Of a stretch of DNA of 64,000 nt, positions 47,724-57,597 are shown one piece after another. The first letter of the stretch is position 1. Each line of letters opens with the position of its first letter. The notes beneath the pieces are model-generated. The model was not told where the DNA came from. It made no database searches and saw nothing but the letters and a program-made list of their open reading frames with translations. The stretch covers positions 1,888,001 through 1,952,000 of the forward strand of contig OY970218.1 of the NCBI GenBank assembly GCA_963713975.1, written 5' to 3'. This stretch comes from an uncultured Chloroflexia bacterium (lineage in GTDB: Bacteria; Chloroflexota; Limnocylindria; Limnocylindrales; CSP1-4). A program made the translations under genes and the position numbers.

Positions 47724-49190
47724 CTATGCGATCCCGGCCGGAGTCCCCGGCAGCGCCTCCCCGAGGCCGTACGGCGCCCCGGCCGCGCGGACGCGGGCGA
47801 CCATGCCGGAGGCCACGGCCGGGTCCAGGTCCGGGACGACGTGCGCCGCCATGATCTCCTCGACCCGCACGCGGGCCCGTCCGTAGGCGTCGAGCCCGCC
47901 TGCGTCCAGCCAGGCCCGGCGCGAGCTGCGGTCGATGACCTTCGAGGGCAGGAACTGCTCGGAGCGGAACAGCTTGCGGGTCTCCTGGAGCTCCAGGAAC
48001 CGGCCCTCGGGCCCGGCGGCCTCGAAGAAGCCCGTGGCGAGGGTCTCGGTCGGCGTGGCCACGCCCCGCAGGAGCCGCTGGACCATCCCGATCATGTCGG
48101 CGTCGATGACCAGCTTCTCCGCGCTCTGGGCGAGCAGGAAGTCCAGCATCCCGGGACCGGAGATCATGTCGATCCCCGCCAGGCCGCCGATGAGCGCGGT
48201 CATGCCGCTCTCGAGGCCTGCCTGCGCATCGATGACCTTGGCGTCGGTCGCGCCAAGGTAGGCGTGGCAGGGCATCCCCAGCGACTTGCCGACCGCCGCG
48301 TAGCCCGCGTCAATCATGGCCGTCTCCACGGCGCCCATGGGTGTCGATCCCGAGCGCATGTCCACGATGGTCGGCGCCCCACCCCAGACGATGGGGGAGC
48401 CGGGCTCGGCGAGCTGGTGGAGCACGATCCCGGCCAGCGTCTCCGCCGCATGCTGGACGATCGACCCGATGAGCGTGACCGGTGCCGCGACGCCCGCCAG
48501 CGGCATCGAGATCAGCTCGGTCGGGACGTGGGCCCGTGCCAGGTCCATCACGTTGCGGCATGCGAACTCGGACCAGGTGAGGGGCGGTGACGGGCAGACG
48601 TCGAAGACGGCGCGCGGCTTCTCGGCCAGGGCATCCCGGCCACCGGCGTCGAGCGCCAGCAGGTCGATCATCACGGACGAGCCGCGCGGGGTGAAGGCGC
48701 CGGTGACGACGGGCTTGCCGGAGTTGACCAGGCACACGAACAGGCGGTACAGGTCGCCGATCTCGGTCGGGACGTCGTGGGCCACGATGGAGGTCGAGAC
48801 GGCGTCGTACGCAGGCAGCGCGTCCGCGACACGCACGATCCGGGCCAGGTCGGCGGCCCGTGACTGGCGGGTGTCGAGCGTCTCCGGGTCCAGGACCTGG
48901 ACGCCGGAGGAACCGGGATCGAAGTGCACGACGCCCTGGCCGTAGCGCACGGCGGGGGCGCCGGCCCGGTCGTACAGGTTGAACGCCGCGGGCGCGGAGT
49001 CCAGGGCGCGGCGGACCATCGCCTCGCCGATGGCGACCCGGTCACCGTCGGCAGTGGCGCCGTGGGCCACGAGGAGGTCGATCGCCTCGGGCTCCTCGAC
49101 CTTGATGCCGGGGCGCTGCAGCAGCTGCAGCGCCTCGTCGACGACGCGGTCGATCAGCGAGGGATCGAGGAGCTCGAAACGGGGTCGCAT
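47724..49190 (-). CDS. trimethylamine methyltransferase (MttB) family, non-pyrrolysine
   Basis: ALQLLQRPGI, CPSPPL, GVAAPVTLIGSIVQHAAETLAG, DMRSG, DAKVIDAQAGLE, GMLD. No in-frame TAG. Confidence 0.9.
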   Translation of the reverse strand: MRPRFELLDPSLIDRVVDEALQLLQRPGIKVEEPEAIDLLVAHGATADGDRVAIGEAMVRRALDSAPAAFNLYDRAGAPAVRYGQGVVHFDPGSSGVQVLDPETLDTRQSRAADLARIVRVADALPAYDAVSTSIVAHDVPTEIGDLYRLFVCLVNSGKPVVTGAFTPRGSSVMIDLLALDAGGRDALAEKPRAVFDVCPSPPLTWSEFACRNVMDLARAHVPTELISMPLAGVAAPVTLIGSIVQHAAETLAGIVLHQLAEPGSPIVWGGAPTIVDMRSGSTPMGAVETAMIDAGYAAVGKSLGMPCHAYLGATDAKVIDAQAGLESGMTALIGGLAGIDMISGPGMLDFLLAQSAEKLVIDADMIGMVQRLLRGVATPTETLATGFFEAAGPEGRFLELQETRKLFRSEQFLPSKVIDRSSRRAWLDAGGLDAYGRARVRVEEIMAAHVVPDLDPAVASGMVARVRAAGAPYGLGEALPGTPAGIA

Positions 49191-49256
49191 CGGGTTGTCT
49201 CCGGGATGGGGCGAAGAGGTTGCTTCCCGCCGGTCCAGCCGACGCCGGCGGGCGGT

Positions 49257-50729
49257 TCAGGCCGCGCCGACGCCGGCCCTGGCCGCATGGGTGGCGATCA
49301 ACCGGCGGAGCTCGGCATCGAGCGCCTCGTCCAGCGGTTCCGGGCGGTGGTCGCGGAGCAGGGTCCGGGCTCGTTCCAGGGCCTCGCGGTGGTACTTGTC
49401 CGGGTCCGCCTCCCACTGCCCATACGGGCGGCGGTCGAGATAGCGCGGCTTCCACAGGCCGCGCATCGCCGTGCGCGTGTGGGGCGAGGTGAGGTAGTCG
49501 CCGCCGGGACCGACCTCGGCGATCGCCTCGAGCGCCAGGGACGCGTCGTCCACGGTCACCCCCTCGATCATCTGCGCGACGATCGACGCGATCTCCGTGT
49601 CGAGGATGAGTTGCTCGTAGGACCAGATCCGGGATCCGTGGAGAAGCCCGGCGCCCAACAGCATGTCCGAGCCCACGACGGAGGCCATGAACGCGGACAG
49701 CCCGTTCTCCAGGCCGGCCTGCCAGTCGGAGCGCTTGGCGCCGGTGGCGTAGGCGCCCATCGACAACGGCACCTTGTAGAAGTCGGCCAGCTGGTTCGTG
49801 ACCGCCCCGAACAGGAAGTCCTCGGGACCACCACCGGTGTAGGCGCCGGACCGGAGGTCCATCGCCGTCTGGGCAGCGGCGTAGTAGACGGGTGAGCCCG
49901 GGTACGCGAGCTGCAGCAGCGCCAGCGCCGCGATCACCTCGGCGTTGCCGACGACCAGCGACCCGGCGACGGTGGCCGGACCGCTGAAGGCGCACGACGC
50001 CATCGTCATGTAGCCCACCGGGATGCCGGCCTCGGCCGCGACCAGCCCGGCGTCGATGGCCCCGCCGTCATGGGCAAGCGGGCTGATGGTGCACTGCATG
50101 AGGGACAGGACGGGATGGGCGCGCAAGGCGTCGCGGCCGCCGGCGATGGCCGCGGCCATCTCGATCGCGACCGCGGCCTCCTCGGCCGTGACGATGCTCT
50201 CGGTCTGGACGTGCTTGGTGGAGTTGCGCCAGACGGCCGTGACCTCCTCGAGGGAGCGGCTCTCCGGGTGCACGTCCTGGGCGGACACCGCCACCCAGTG
50301 GAAGGCGATCTCGGGGAGCGCGTCGGCGACGCGCGCGATGTCCCCGACGTCCGCCAGTGCCGACCGGCGGACCTCCAGGGTCCACGGATCCAGGACCTCG
50401 ATCCCGCAGCCGTCGGTGGCGAGGTGGACGTGCTCCCCGTCGAGTGGCAGGTCGAGCTTCGGGTCCCGGGCGCCAAGGGTGTAGGCCGGGGGCGCGGTCT
50501 GCAGCGCGCGCTCGATCATGGCGCCGGGTGCCTTCACGATCCCGGTCGCGCGGTCGACGGTGGCGCCGTGCTCGGCCCAGATGGCCTGGGCCCGCTCCGA
50601 TGGGAAGCGGACGCCGACACGCTCGATGATGTCCAGGGTGGCGGTATGGATGCGGCCGATCGCTGCCGGTGACAGGACCTCGAAGCGTGGCCGGTTGCTG
50701 CCGGCCACGCTGTCCTCTGCGCTGCTCAT
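49257..50729 (-). CDS. MttB-family methyltransferase, non-pyrrolysine
   Basis: IHTATLDIIERVGVRF, TISPL, GPATVAGSLVVGNAEVIA, MDLRSG, DWQAGLE, EVGPGGDYL..HT. Confidence 0.9.
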   Translation of the reverse strand: MSSAEDSVAGSNRPRFEVLSPAAIGRIHTATLDIIERVGVRFPSERAQAIWAEHGATVDRATGIVKAPGAMIERALQTAPPAYTLGARDPKLDLPLDGEHVHLATDGCGIEVLDPWTLEVRRSALADVGDIARVADALPEIAFHWVAVSAQDVHPESRSLEEVTAVWRNSTKHVQTESIVTAEEAAVAIEMAAAIAGGRDALRAHPVLSLMQCTISPLAHDGGAIDAGLVAAEAGIPVGYMTMASCAFSGPATVAGSLVVGNAEVIAALALLQLAYPGSPVYYAAAQTAMDLRSGAYTGGGPEDFLFGAVTNQLADFYKVPLSMGAYATGAKRSDWQAGLENGLSAFMASVVGSDMLLGAGLLHGSRIWSYEQLILDTEIASIVAQMIEGVTVDDASLALEAIAEVGPGGDYLTSPHTRTAMRGLWKPRYLDRRPYGQWEADPDKYHREALERARTLLRDHRPEPLDEALDAELRRLIATHAARAGVGAA

Positions 50730-50837
50730 GTGTGCCTCCAGCCGGGCACCTGGTGCCCGGCCACGCGTGTGCTCCGGCTCGAGCCCGGGAGCCGGTACCG
50801 TGCGGCGATCGGCGGGACGCCGGCCGCGGTCGTCTGG

Positions 50838-51503
50838 TCAGGCCCCGGCGGCCGCCCCGGAACCCATCAGCCTGCGGGCCAGCGCCACGGCGCCGATGGC
50901 GTCCTCGCTGTACCCGTCGGCGCCGATCTCGGTCGCCCAGCTCTCGCTTGCCGGTGCGCCGCCGACGATCACCTTGACCTTCTGGCTCAGTCCGGCGGCC
51001 GCGAGGGCTTCGACGACGGTCCGCTGCCCGGCCATCGTCGTGGTCAGCAGGGCCGAGACGCCGATGATGTCCGCGTTGTGCTCCCTGGCGGCCTCGACGA
51101 ACCGGTCCGGCGCCACGTCTACGCCCAGGTCATGGACCTCGAAGCCGCTGGTCGAGAGCATCATCCCCACGAGGTTCTTGCCGATCTCGTGGATGTCGCC
51201 CTTGACCGTGCCGATGACGACCCGGCCGACCACGCTGCGCTGGGTGGCCATCTGCTGGAGCACGGGCTCGAGGACGTCCATCGCCTTCTGCATGGCGCGG
51301 GCGGCGAGCATCATGTCAGGCAGGAACAGCTCGCCCTCGGCGAACTGCTCGCCGACGAACGAGAGGCCCGGGACCAGGCCGTTGTCGATCGCGTCGAGCG
51401 GCGGGACGCCGTCGTCCAGGGCCTGCTGGGCAAGGGTGGCGGCCGCCGGCGCGTCCCCGTCGATGACCGCCTGTCGCAGCGCCGCGAACAGCTCGTCGCT
51501 CAT
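50838..51503 (-). CDS. methyltransferase cognate corrinoid protein (MttC/MtgC-like)
   Basis: GELFLPDMM, GTVKGDIHEIGKNLV (B12-binding DxHxxG), DLGVDV, SALLTTTM, IVGGAP. SD AAGGAG. Confidence 0.93.
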   Translation of the reverse strand: MSDELFAALRQAVIDGDAPAAATLAQQALDDGVPPLDAIDNGLVPGLSFVGEQFAEGELFLPDMMLAARAMQKAMDVLEPVLQQMATQRSVVGRVVIGTVKGDIHEIGKNLVGMMLSTSGFEVHDLGVDVAPDRFVEAAREHNADIIGVSALLTTTMAGQRTVVEALAAAGLSQKVKVIVGGAPASESWATEIGADGYSEDAIGAVALARRLMGSGAAAGA

Positions 51504-51544
51504 GTCGTCCACTCCTTCGCCCGGGTCAGCGGGCCTGGTGCTCG

Positions 51545-53023
51545 TCAGGGCTGGGTAGCGGGCCGCGGGCTCGCGGCCGCCCGTTCGAGGATTGCCGTGA
51601 TCTCCTGCTCGACCGCCTCGGGGAGCGGGGGAGCCTGGTGAGAGTCAAGGATCTTGTTCACGCGGGCGGCGGCGCGCTCCCCGAGCGAGGTGCTGCCGTG
51701 GGCCAGCCACGCGCCGTGGCTCGCCCGGTCGATCAGCGTTGGATACCAGCGTTCGCGGTAGTGGTCGAGGGTGTGTTGCGCCTCCAGAAACGATCCGTCC
51801 GGGCCGAGCGCGTCGATCACGTCCAGCGCGAGCGTCTCGGCGTCGATGGCGACCGGCCCGATGGCGGCCCGGATCCAGGCCGCGATCTCGTCGCAGATGG
51901 CCAGCTGGACGAGCGAGCCCGTCAGCCCGGACTCGAGGTACCCGCTGTCGTGGAGCAGGTGGCCGCCCGCAAGCGCATCGACGAGCATCGTCAGCGCGGC
52001 CTCCGCGGCCGCCTGCTGGTCGACCGCCTTGCTGTCGCTGCCGCCGGCGAGGCTGAACATCGGCAGGTCGTAGTGGTGCGCCAGCGAGGGCACCGTGCCG
52101 CGGTGATCCGGCTCCGCGTAGGGGTCGACCATGGTCCGCAGGTCGAGCGCATCGCCGCCAAAGCCGGGGATCACCACCGGCGTGCCTTCGCGCACGAGGT
52201 TGGCGAGGACCAGCCCCACCAGGACCCCTGCGTTGGTGAGCGCGATGTTGCCGGCCGTCGTGACCGGACCCGTGGTGCTGCCGGACGTCACCGGGATCCA
52301 CAGCGCCGGCAGCCCGCGCTCGGCGAGCGTCAGAAGCTTGCGCAGCGAGTCGCCGTTGTGGACGAGCCCACGGGTGACGTTGATGTACAGCGCGATCATC
52401 GGCCGCTCGCGCAGCGCGTCCGCGCCGCCGGCCACGGCCTCGGCCATCGCGATCGCGTCGACCATCGCGTCCACGTCGTAGGTCACCACCACGAGCGGCT
52501 TCGTGGTGTGGCGCAGCATGACCGCCATCTGCTCGCGATCGGCCATGTCCGGCGACACGTCCGACGGCAGGAACATCGACATCCCGAAGTCCATGTTCGG
52601 GAGCGCGTCCACCAGCGTCAGGCCATCGCGCGTGTCCTGGATCGTCGCCTTGCGCCGCTCCCCGGTGCGGTGGTCGATCGCGTTGAGGCAGTCCGAGCCG
52701 GGCCCGAAGTAGACGTTGTCGCCTTCGAGCACGATGCGTGGCATGCCGCCCCGGTCGAACAGCGTGATCGAGCGCTTCGCCACGGACAGCGCCCACTCGA
52801 CCAGTGATCGCGGGACATGGACGCGGCCGTCGTCGGCCACCTGTGCGCCGGCACCGTGCAGCCGCTCGACCGCCTCGGGATCGTGCAGCACCACGCCGGT
52901 CCGCTCCAGGATCGAGATGCTCGCCTCGTGCACGAGCCGGCAGTCGTCCGCTGTCAGGCGGTCGTAGCGCGGCGACCGCCGGGCGCGCGCAGCCTCGGAT
53001 GCATTCGGGGCAAACGAAACCAC
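51545..53023 (-). CDS. MttB-family methyltransferase, non-pyrrolysine
   Basis: VHEASISILERTGV, YFGPGSD, TTKP, GPVTTAG, SDSKAVDQQAAAE, HDSGYLESGLTGS. SD GGGAGG before GTG 53023. Confidence 0.88.
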   Translation of the reverse strand: MVSFAPNASEAARARRSPRYDRLTADDCRLVHEASISILERTGVVLHDPEAVERLHGAGAQVADDGRVHVPRSLVEWALSVAKRSITLFDRGGMPRIVLEGDNVYFGPGSDCLNAIDHRTGERRKATIQDTRDGLTLVDALPNMDFGMSMFLPSDVSPDMADREQMAVMLRHTTKPLVVVTYDVDAMVDAIAMAEAVAGGADALRERPMIALYINVTRGLVHNGDSLRKLLTLAERGLPALWIPVTSGSTTGPVTTAGNIALTNAGVLVGLVLANLVREGTPVVIPGFGGDALDLRTMVDPYAEPDHRGTVPSLAHHYDLPMFSLAGGSDSKAVDQQAAAEAALTMLVDALAGGHLLHDSGYLESGLTGSLVQLAICDEIAAWIRAAIGPVAIDAETLALDVIDALGPDGSFLEAQHTLDHYRERWYPTLIDRASHGAWLAHGSTSLGERAAARVNKILDSHQAPPLPEAVEQEITAILERAAASPRPATQP

Positions 53024-53157
53024 GGACACCTCCCTGCGATGGAGTCGGCCGATCAAGCGTCCTGCCCGGGAGTCCGGGGGCGACAGGGCGGAAGGTCCCG
53101 TCGAAATGGGCCGAGGGACTGTCCGGTCGCTTGCACGGGCACCCGAGACTGGAGAGG

Positions 53158-54777
53158 ATGCCCCATGTGATCCACGGGTCCGAGCGGCGCCCGCTCGTCC
53201 CCGGACGCCTCCTGTACGACGAAGCAGACCAGCTCTCGGTGATCGTGCCCGCCTCGTGCAAGCGCACGGGTCGCTGTCACGAGTGCGTGGTCGAGGTGCG
53301 GACCGGGGCCGACCAGCTGTCGCCACGGACGCCGGAGGAATCCTTCCTGGGTGCCGGGTTCCGGCTCGCCTGCCAGGCGTGGGTCGAGCGCGCAGAACGG
53401 GACCTGGAGTTCGCAGTCCTGCGCCGACGGCTGCGGATCCTCCTGGCGCCCGAGGACCGCGGCGGCTCGCGGGACCTGGACCCGGTCGTCACGATCGAAG
53501 ACGGCCGATACCGCACGGACGATGGCGCGGATCTCGGCGTGGCGATGGGGGCGGCGATCGGGGTCGCGCTCGACGTCGGCACCACCACCGTGGTCCTCGA
53601 GCTGGTCGATCTCGCGACCGGCGGCGTCCTTGCGGTCGCCGCCCTGGAGAACCCGCAGCGCTTCGGCGGCTCCGACGTGATGACCCGGATCTCCTACGAC
53701 GCCGAGCTCCCCGGCGAGCTGCGCCAGGCGCTCCGCCGCGCCGTCAACCACGAGCTCAAGCGGCTGTGCGCGGAGCTCGGGCTGGACCGACGTCAGCTGG
53801 TGGACGCCTACGTCGTGGGCAACTCCACGATGCGAGACATGTTCTTCGGCCTGGACGTCGGCCCCATCGGCCGTCTCCCGTACCGGTCCGTGACGGAGAC
53901 CGACGTGCGGACGGGCCGGGCGGAGACGACCTCGATCGTGCGGCGGGCCCACGAGATCGGCCTGCTGGTCAATCCCCAGGCCCGTGTCACCGGCGGCCCG
54001 CTGATCGCAAGCCACGTCGGCGCGGATGCGGCCGCGGACCTCGTGGCCGTGGAGGCGGTGGGGCGCGGCGGGTCGTTCCTCCTGGTCGACATCGGGACCA
54101 ACAGCGAGATCGTCGTGTCCGACGGGTCCCGGCTGCTGGCCGCGTCGAGCCCGGCCGGTCCTGCGTTCGAGGGTGGCGGGGTGCGCTACGGGATGCCGGG
54201 CGCCGACGGGGCCATCGAATCGGTTCGCATCACGGACGGGCGGTTCCAGGTCAGCATCATCGGCGATCTCCCGCCCGAGGGGATCTGCGGGTCCGGGCTG
54301 GTCGACCTGCTGGCCGAGCTCCGCCGTGCGGGCTGGATGACCAACCGCGGCACGTTCGCGGACAAGGCCCACGAGATCACGGTCGAGCCGGAACGCCCCA
54401 TCACGCTATCGCGGTCCGATGTCGGACACCTCTCCATCGCGAAGGCCGCCACGGCCGTCGGCCAGCGCGTTCTCCTGCGTCGGCTCGGCATGGAGCCCTC
54501 GGACCTCGACCGGGTCTACCTTGCCGGGGGCTTCGCGAACGCCATCGACGTCTCGTCCGCGATCGACATCGGACTGCTGGTGCCCGTGGCGCCCGAGCGG
54601 GTGGTCCGCGTGGGCAACGCGTCGATCGGTGGTGCCCGTACCCTTCTGGTGAGCCGGCGCCGCCGCGCCGAGCTCGAGTCCCTCGTGCGCCGGATCGAGC
54701 ACGTGGAGCTCGAGTCGGAGTCCGACTTCTTCGATCTGTTCACCGACGGCTGCCTGTTCGAGCCGATCACCGTCTGA
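53158..54777 (+). CDS. RACo/ASKHA reductive activator of corrinoid proteins (DUF4445 type)
   Basis: N-terminal CKRTGRCHEC...RLACQ Fe-S motif. DVGTTTV, NPQRFGGSDVMTRI, DIGTNSE, AGPAFEG, GICGSG, LAGGFAN. Confidence 0.9.
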   Translation: MPHVIHGSERRPLVPGRLLYDEADQLSVIVPASCKRTGRCHECVVEVRTGADQLSPRTPEESFLGAGFRLACQAWVERAERDLEFAVLRRRLRILLAPEDRGGSRDLDPVVTIEDGRYRTDDGADLGVAMGAAIGVALDVGTTTVVLELVDLATGGVLAVAALENPQRFGGSDVMTRISYDAELPGELRQALRRAVNHELKRLCAELGLDRRQLVDAYVVGNSTMRDMFFGLDVGPIGRLPYRSVTETDVRTGRAETTSIVRRAHEIGLLVNPQARVTGGPLIASHVGADAAADLVAVEAVGRGGSFLLVDIGTNSEIVVSDGSRLLAASSPAGPAFEGGGVRYGMPGADGAIESVRITDGRFQVSIIGDLPPEGICGSGLVDLLAELRRAGWMTNRGTFADKAHEITVEPERPITLSRSDVGHLSIAKAATAVGQRVLLRRLGMEPSDLDRVYLAGGFANAIDVSSAIDIGLLVPVAPERVVRVGNASIGGARTLLVSRRRRAELESLVRRIEHVELESESDFFDLFTDGCLFEPITV

Positions 54778-54784
54778 GGTAGCG

Positions 54785-56551
54785 ATGAGCCCGTCCTCGA
54801 GGTCCCGCACCCGAGCCCACGATGCCGCAGCCGCAGAGGCCGCAGCCGCAGGGGCCGCAGCCGCAGAGGCAGACGCCGCACCGTCCGCCGACCTGCCCAC
54901 CACCGGCCCGGGCGCCCTGCGCCGCGTGCTGGGCTCCGAGGCCGGCTTCGCCACGATCGTGGAGCTCGTGCCCTGGGCGGGCGAGCTGGGCGATGCCCGC
55001 GGCCAGAAGCCCCTGCGCATGGCCGCGGAGCTGGCGGGCAACCCGCGGGTCACCGCCCTCTCGGTCACCGACAACGCGGGCGGCCACGCGAGGCTCTCCC
55101 CCGACGCCCCGGGCGAGGCGCTGCGGGGCCTCGGCCACGACGTCATCGTCCACATCGCCTGCCGCGACCGCAACCGCAACGGCATGCAGTCCCTGGGCTG
55201 GGACCTCCTCTCGCGCGGGCTCACCAGCGTCCTCGCTATCAGCGGCGACTACCCGGTGGCTGGCTACGAAGGCCTGCCCAAGCCCGTGTTCGACATCGAC
55301 TCGGTGGCCCTGCTCGAGCTGCTCCACAGGCTGGGCATGGAGGCCGTGGCCAAGGCCGCCAGCGACGGCGCCCCCGACCCCGAGCAGCACTGCTTCTTTC
55401 TCGGCTGCGCGATCGACCCCTTCAAGCGCCTCGAGCGGGACCTCGTCCCCCAGTTCCTCAAGCTCGCTCTGAAACAGCGCTCGGGCGCCGACTACGCGAT
55501 CACCCAGGTCGGCTATGACGCGCACCGCCAGGACGTGCTGCTGCGCTGGATGCGCCGCGAGTCGATCTCGATGCCCGTGGTCGGCAACGCCTACATCCTG
55601 TCAGGCCCCGTCGCCCGTGCCTTCAACGCAGGGAGGGTGCCCGGCTGCGTGGTCACGGACGACCTGCTGCGGGTGGTCGAGCGCGAGGCAGCGTCCTCCG
55701 ACAAGGGGCGAGCCTTCTTCCTCGAGCTTGCCGCCAAGCAGCTGGTCGTGTCCCGGGGCCTGGGCATGCGGGGCATCTACATCTCCGGGCACCGGGATGC
55801 CGCCGAGGTGGGCCGCGTGCTCGAGATGGCCGACGCCCACGACCCTGCCGACTGGCGCTCGCTGGTGAAGGACGTCTCCTTCGGCCTGCCCGGCGCCTTC
55901 GAGCCGTTCGAGCCCGACGGTGCGGGGCTGTCCACCGACGAGCTCAACCGCACCTGGGCCCGCAGCCTCACGCCGCAGGCTCGCACGCGTGCCCGCCGCG
56001 ACGTCGACCCCTTCTACAAGCTCAACCGCACTGTCCACGGGCGCGTCTTCGAACCCGGGACCCCGGGCTTCCGCGCCTGGGCGGCCGTGTACGGGAGGAT
56101 CGAGGCGCTCCACGTGGGCAAGCCGCTCCACGTGTTCGAGCAGGCGGTCAAGGTCCCGCTCTACGACTGCCGCGACTGCGGCGACTGCAGCCTGCCCGAC
56201 CTCGCCTACCTGTGTCCCGAGAGCCACTGCCAGAAGAACCAGCGCAACGGCCCCTGCGGCGGTGCAAAGGACGGCATGTGCGAGGTCCCTGGGCACACCT
56301 GCGTCTGGGCCGATGCCTATCGCCGGCTCAAGCCCTATGGCGAGGAGCGCACGATGCTCGAGCGCCCGGTCGTGGTCCAGGACAACGACCTGCGCCGGAC
56401 CAGCGCCTGGGGCAACACCTTCCTCGGCCGCGACCACTACGCCCGGCGGGCCGAGGTCCAGGCGACCCTGGCCGTCGCGTCCGCACCACCGACCACCCCC
56501 GCCACGGCCGCCACCCCAGTGTCCACTCCCGAGAAAGGACCCCGCTCGTGA
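54785..56551 (+). CDS. metF: methylenetetrahydrofolate reductase, MetF-MetV fusion
   Basis: TDNAGG, HIACRDRNR, SGDYP, TQVGYD. C-terminal CRDCGDC...CPESHCQKNQRNGPCGG...CEV...CVW. Confidence 0.82.
   Translation: MSPSSRSRTRAHDAAAAEAAAAGAAAAEADAAPSADLPTTGPGALRRVLGSEAGFATIVELVPWAGELGDARGQKPLRMAAELAGNPRVTALSVTDNAGGHARLSPDAPGEALRGLGHDVIVHIACRDRNRNGMQSLGWDLLSRGLTSVLAISGDYPVAGYEGLPKPVFDIDSVALLELLHRLGMEAVAKAASDGAPDPEQHCFFLGCAIDPFKRLERDLVPQFLKLALKQRSGADYAITQVGYDAHRQDVLLRWMRRESISMPVVGNAYILSGPVARAFNAGRVPGCVVTDDLLRVVEREAASSDKGRAFFLELAAKQLVVSRGLGMRGIYISGHRDAAEVGRVLEMADAHDPADWRSLVKDVSFGLPGAFEPFEPDGAGLSTDELNRTWARSLTPQARTRARRDVDPFYKLNRTVHGRVFEPGTPGFRAWAAVYGRIEALHVGKPLHVFEQAVKVPLYDCRDCGDCSLPDLAYLCPESHCQKNQRNGPCGGAKDGMCEVPGHTCVWADAYRRLKPYGEERTMLERPVVVQDNDLRRTSAWGNTFLGRDHYARRAEVQATLAVASAPPTTPATAATPVSTPEKGPRS
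54824..54868 (+). repeat. 3 x 15-bp tandem repeat in the Ala-rich N-terminus of the MetF fusion
   Basis: gccgcagccgcagag / gccgcagccgcaggg / gccgcagccgcagag. Confidence 0.8.
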
Positions 56552-57588
56552 AGCTCGACCGCGCCGGATCGCCGTTCCAGATCGTCGGCGAGAACATCCA
56601 TGCCACCCGGGTCCTGAAGCGGGCCGGCAAGCACGCGGTGGAGCTGGATGACGGCACGACCGGGATCGCGTTCGTGACCGGCGACGGGACGGCGCTCGTC
56701 CTGCCCGTCCACCCTGACCTCGCCGCCGCCCGCGACTTCGCAGCGGGCAAGATCAAGCACGTCCAGAGCGCCGTACGCTGGGGACTTGACGGCGGCGAGC
56801 AGGCGGACACTGCAGCCGCCTACGTGCGCGCCCTTGCCGCCCGTCAGGAGGCCACCGGCGCCGACTGGCTGGACCTCAATGCGGACGAGGTCTCGGCCGA
56901 CGCCGGGCTGCGCGCCGCGGCCATGGCCTGGCTGGTCACCATCGTCGAGGCGACCGCAGTGGTGCCCGTCTCGATCGACTCATCCGACGTGGGCGTGCTC
57001 GCCGCCGGTGTCGCGGCATCCACCCAGCCGCGGGGCCGGCTGCTGCTCAACTCCGCGTCGCTCGAGCGGCCCGACGTCCTCGACCTCGCCGCGGAGACCG
57101 GCTGTGCCGCGATCCTCGCCGCGAGCGGCCTGGGCAGCATGCCCGCCGACGCGGAGGAGCGCGTCGCCAATGCGGTCCGCCTGATCGAGCTGGCCATGGC
57201 CCGCCAGATCGCACCGGACCTGCTCTACGTGGACCCGCTGGTCCTGCCCGTCGCCGTGACGGGGGAGGCCCCGGCGCATGTGCTCGAGGCGGCCCGCCAG
57301 CTTCGCGCGGAATACGGCGACACGATCCACCTGACAGGCGGCCTGTCCAACGTCTCGTTCGGCATGCCGGCCCGCAAGCTGCTCAACGACACGTTCATTG
57401 ACCTCGCGGCCGAGGCCGGCATCGACAGCGGGATCATCGATCCAGTGGCGTCGGACCTCGTGCGGGTGTTCGCCGCGGACCGCGACACCGAGGCGTACCG
57501 GCTGGCCGCGGACATGCTCCTTGGGCGTGACCCGTTCGGGGGCGAGTACGTGCGCGCCTTCCGCGAGGGGCGGCTCGGAGCCGAGTAG
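56548..57588 (+). CDS. methyltetrahydrofolate:corrinoid methyltransferase (AcsE-like pterin-binding)
   Basis: IVGENIHAT, GADWLDLN, VSIDSSD, LNSAS, YVDPLVLP, GGLSNVSFGMP, DSGIIDP. GTGA overlap with the MetF fusion. Confidence 0.85.
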   Translation: MKLDRAGSPFQIVGENIHATRVLKRAGKHAVELDDGTTGIAFVTGDGTALVLPVHPDLAAARDFAAGKIKHVQSAVRWGLDGGEQADTAAAYVRALAARQEATGADWLDLNADEVSADAGLRAAAMAWLVTIVEATAVVPVSIDSSDVGVLAAGVAASTQPRGRLLLNSASLERPDVLDLAAETGCAAILAASGLGSMPADAEERVANAVRLIELAMARQIAPDLLYVDPLVLPVAVTGEAPAHVLEAARQLRAEYGDTIHLTGGLSNVSFGMPARKLLNDTFIDLAAEAGIDSGIIDPVASDLVRVFAADRDTEAYRLAADMLLGRDPFGGEYVRAFREGRLGAE

Positions 57589-57597
57589 CTCCGGCGC

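Noticed and set aside
50741-50761. Perfect inverted repeat GCCGGGCACC-T-GGTGCCCGGC next to the mttB SD
   Set aside because: Single GC-rich hairpin with no U tract and no second copy noticed. It may stabilise mRNA, but there is no support for a specific element.
47724-53023. Pyrrolysine (amber read-through) in the MttB genes
   Set aside because: All three ORFs are full length (about 490 aa) with no in-frame TAG, and there are no pyl genes or tRNA-Pyl in the window.
53024-53157. Cobalamin or other riboswitch in the divergent mttB/RACo spacer
   Set aside because: Only a short GTCCC/GGGAC inverted repeat. No B12-box or other aptamer consensus recognised, and the spacer is short.
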